A stretch of 32,928 nucleotides of DNA, taken from the NCBI GenBank assembly GCA_001275005.1, contig JWZX01002499.1, positions 1 through 32,928 of the forward strand, given 5' to 3'. Below the pieces are notes generated by a model that saw only the letters and a program-made list of their open reading frames with translations, was not told the DNA's origin and ran no database searches. This stretch comes from Chrysochromulina tobinii (Eukaryota). Shown piece by piece: positions 29,780 through 32,928 of the stretch (position 1 is the first letter of the stretch; every line of letters starts with the position of its first letter). A program made the position numbers and the translations under genes.

Positions 29780-30448
29780 ATGTTCTTCGCCACGCGCGCT
29801 CTGCGCAGCCCTGCATCCGGTGCCATCGTGCGCCGCCCGTTCAACCCACTGCGTGCCATGAGCGAGTCCGCTGAGCGCATCGAGCTTGCGTACGCCACCC
29901 CGCTCAAGTGGATGCACTGGATCTACGGTGCAGGCTTCTTGACATGCCTGGGCACCGTGCTGGCGTCGCAGCAGACGACCGGCGATACGTTCCTCGGGAC
30001 CAAAAACCAGACCAAGGGCAAGCTCATGATGATCCACAAATCAACCGCCGTCGTCCTGGCGGCGCTGGTCACGCCGCGGGTGCTGCTTCGACTGGCCACT
30101 GCAGCACCCAAGGCGCTGCCCGGCTCCTTCATGGAGCATTTCGCAGCGAACCTGAGCCATGTGAGCCTCTACGGGTTCATGCTTGCGATGCCGGCAACGG
30201 GCATGGCGATGGGCTACTACGGCGGTAATGGCATCCCATTCTACGGCCTCTACACCATACCAGGCATCCCCAAGGATAAGCGGACCAAGGAGGACGGCGC
30301 CTTCGCGGGTCAGCTTTTCAAGTGGCACAAGTGGCTCGGCAGCTTCATCTGGTACCTGGTGCCGCTCCACGTCGCGGGCGCCGCCCAGCACATGCTTCGA
30401 GGGCATGCCATCTGGGGACGCATCGTGCCTGGCATCAAGCCCGCGTAG
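29780..30448 (+). CDS. Bacterial-type di-haem cytochrome b561 (CybB/YceJ-like) with mitochondrial-type presequence
   Basis: YATPLKWMHW, IHKSTAV...RVLLR, HVSLYGFMLAMPATG, WHKW...LHVAGAAQH: 4 TM helices with haem-ligand His residues. Confidence 0.85.
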   Translation: MFFATRALRSPASGAIVRRPFNPLRAMSESAERIELAYATPLKWMHWIYGAGFLTCLGTVLASQQTTGDTFLGTKNQTKGKLMMIHKSTAVVLAALVTPRVLLRLATAAPKALPGSFMEHFAANLSHVSLYGFMLAMPATGMAMGYYGGNGIPFYGLYTIPGIPKDKRTKEDGAFAGQLFKWHKWLGSFIWYLVPLHVAGAAQHMLRGHAIWGRIVPGIKPA

Positions 30449-30833
30449 AGCCTCTAAGAGGCGCTCACGACGGCGCTCGTAGGCGATCGCGCACACGGGG
30501 CTAGTCGCCAGAGCCCCTCGCCGCGAGGGCCGACAGCTTTCCCAGGAGGCGTAGACGGGCGTGCGGAGCGAAGCACCAACCCGGCCCGTTTGCAGCATGT
30601 ACGTTGTGTTTCCAAAACGTCAAGCGTCAACTTCATTCAGTTCCGGTCGAGAGAGGAGAGGGTCAAAGGCGAAAGGGCCCGCCTCGCGCCTGTGCGAGCT
30701 AGTTGTAACCGGACACGTATGTACGCCGGTCCGGTGACTTGGGTGTCGAATTATAAACATTGGCTGTGAATGACCTTTTCGGTGCGCTGGCACTGCCGTC
30801 GCTGGCACTGCCATCGTCACCGCGCAACGGGAC

Positions 30834-31808
30834 GTGCCATACGTGTTCGCAAACGTGTGCCACCCACCTTCATCGTTGACGCCGTCATCGTCGCCGTCGG
30901 CGTGCAACGTCCAGATCTTAGCGCCTCCTTTTAGAGGCAGCTGCCCACACGCGGAGGGTAAAGTCTCCGGGCTTCGGTGGTGCTGCTGGGAAGAGCACGA
31001 GGACCGCCACATCTCAGCCGCAATCTTGCGAGGCCAAGTACCTGACATGGAGTCGACTCCTGTCGGCCACTGGAAGCATCTGCTTCAGAGCTATCCGCCG
31101 GGGATTGTCGTCGATGCCGGCTCGCAGGTGGGCCTCTTCACCGGCATCGCGCTCGCATTCGGCCACCACGTCATCGCGGTGGATGCGAGGCCGGACCACA
31201 CAGAGATGCTCACGACTTCGCTCAAACTGAACGGGCTGGAGAGCGCGGCAACCGTTGTGCACGCGGCCCTCGGGAGTGAGTGCGGGAAGATGGTGACCAT
31301 CGAGCAGCACGAGCAGGGAAATCCAGGCTCGTCGCACATTGAGGGCTTCCGTCGTCTGCAGCAGCAGCAGCATAGCTCGCACGTACCGATGCTCTCGCTC
31401 GATTCGATCATTGCTTCGGCACGCCGAAACGCCGTCAACGGCATGCTCGGGGCGAAAGCTGGCAGTAAGATAGCAAAGTCTGCCCCGGTCCTCGCCCTCA
31501 AGCTCGACGTCGAAGGGTTGGAAGCTCGGGTGCTGATGGGTGCCGCACGCCTGATGGCGCCCATGCACCGCCCTAAGCTCATCATCATGGAAGTCTTCGT
31601 GAGCCGCCTGACGGCCTGCAACGTGCGAGATTTCATCGGCGGGTTTGGCCAGCTCAACTACACGGTCGACGTCTCGGCCCGGCTCAACATGCCTTATTGT
31701 GCCGACTCGAGCAGGTGCAAACAGTTGAGTGCGGCGCGCGGCCTCGGCCACTTCTTGGAAAGCTTGAGCAACGGGCAGGAGATGGACTTGGTATTCTTCC
31801 TGAACTGA
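30834..31808 (+). CDS. FkbM-family SAM-dependent methyltransferase (start uncertain)
   Basis: VVDAGSQVGLF, VIAVDA, VHAALG, LSLDSI, LKLDVEGLEARVLMGA, IIMEV. Confidence 0.8.
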   Translation: MPYVFANVCHPPSSLTPSSSPSACNVQILAPPFRGSCPHAEGKVSGLRWCCWEEHEDRHISAAILRGQVPDMESTPVGHWKHLLQSYPPGIVVDAGSQVGLFTGIALAFGHHVIAVDARPDHTEMLTTSLKLNGLESAATVVHAALGSECGKMVTIEQHEQGNPGSSHIEGFRRLQQQQHSSHVPMLSLDSIIASARRNAVNGMLGAKAGSKIAKSAPVLALKLDVEGLEARVLMGAARLMAPMHRPKLIIMEVFVSRLTACNVRDFIGGFGQLNYTVDVSARLNMPYCADSSRCKQLSAARGLGHFLESLSNGQEMDLVFFLN

Positions 31809-31953
31809 GCGCTCGCAGCAGATGGACTGAGCGCTCGCATCGGGCAGGCAGGGCAGGGGGAGCGCGGACGTACGCGGCACACGGTAGGAAAGCCCGTGTC
31901 GCGTCGACGTTGCCGTTCCGGGCGGTTTCTGGTGAGCGCGGTGCGGGAGCCGC

Positions 31954-32331
31954 GTCACCCCCGCTCGCCCCTTCGGCGTGATGGTCACCACCCCCGCTCG
32001 CCCCTTCGGTGTGATGGTCACCTACCCCCGCTCGCCCCTTCGGTGTGATGGTCACCACCCCCGCTCGCCCCTTCGGTGTGATGGTCACCACCCCCGCTCG
32101 CCCCTTCGGTGTGATGGTCACCTACCCCCGCTCGCCCCTTCGGTATGATGGTCACCACCCCTGCTCGCCCCTTCGGTGTGATGGTCACCTACCCCCGCTC
32201 GCCCCTTCGGTATGATGGTCACCACCCCCGCTCGCCCCTTCGGTATGATGGTCACCTACCCCCGCTCGCCCCTTCGGTATGATGGTCACCTACCCCCGCT
32301 CGCCCCTTCGGTGTGATGGTCACCTACCCCC
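31954..32331. repeat. Minisatellite, 11 copies of a 33/34-bp unit
   Basis: Unit ccccttcggt(g/a)tgatggtcacc(t)acccccgctcg repeated head to tail with no spacers. Confidence 0.95.
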
Positions 32332-32928
32332 CTATCTGGGGCTCGGAGATAGAAGCGGCGCCGAGACAGACACCAAGGCGACTGTGGCAGATCATGTTAT
32401 TGTACAGGATGTTGCTGCACTGTTGCAGCACGGCACGATCGTGCTTGACTCGTTTCGTTTGTTATTAACGGAACAGCCAGGTCGTCGCGCACACGACGGT
32501 CACGACGTGTGACGTGCTTATCACTATTTATATCGGTTATATCGGAGATATACTACTTGTAGCTCTACGCTATGTGACGAACCCCATGGTTGCCTAACGA
32601 AAGAGATGACGATCACAATACTGCACAGCGAAGCTAAACCCCGCACAATGGAGAGTCTGACACTGAAAGTGCGGGAAACGGTGAAGGTGGGCACGCGCAC
32701 AGGCCACGACAGGCCCACAGTCTCACTGCTCACACGCGGAGCGACGCTCGCTGTTTCGGTCTGAGTAAACTATTTGGGTACCCATTTATCGAGATTTCGA
32801 TATGGAGTTGACCCGGAGTGGACGCCGCTCCAAGGGCGGAGATGACGCCGCTCGCGGTCTCGGGGGCGGCAGTGCGGCACCGGTCACACCAAAAGCCGAA
32901 GGCCGAGCGGAGCGCCTGGCGAGCAAGG

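Noticed and set aside
31954..32331. CRISPR array, or the coding repeat MTITPKGRAGVV
   Set aside because: There are no unique spacers, and the 34-bp variants break any reading frame.

Overview
GC-rich, gene-dense, intron-poor eukaryotic DNA. It is probably from an alga with a complex plastid, haptophyte-like by inference from GT-AG introns and a signal-peptide-bearing ClpR. Host genes: MRS2/CorA Mg2+ channel (2 introns), an acyltransferase (FAS-type AT/SAT)-StrG-like oxygenase fusion, an ABCB half-transporter, ClpR, a CAP-Gly + double CbbX/SpoVK AAA+ protein (with a +1 frameshift), VPS29, a bestrophin, an ankyrin protein, CENP-S/MHF1, CBP3/UQCC1, a bacterial-type cytochrome b561, an FkbM methyltransferase and several hypothetical genes. 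Three mobile-element regions stand out. (1) A >1150-codon Mutator/MULE transposase ORF on the minus strand (3461 to beyond position 1), absent from the ORF track because its stop lies outside the window, next to 12 copies of a 15-bp motif in both orientations. (2) A 5'-truncated ORF fusing an RNase H C-terminus, a degenerate J-like domain and a PolA-like/TV-Pol polymerase domain, followed by a repeat-rich region; this is the most novel-looking item. (3) A gag-less tyrosine-recombinase retrotransposon with split direct repeats. Both MRS2 introns begin with a copy of the downstream exon start (9 and 7 nt), as expected for Introner-type intron gain. All family calls come from reading motifs by eye; no database searches were run.
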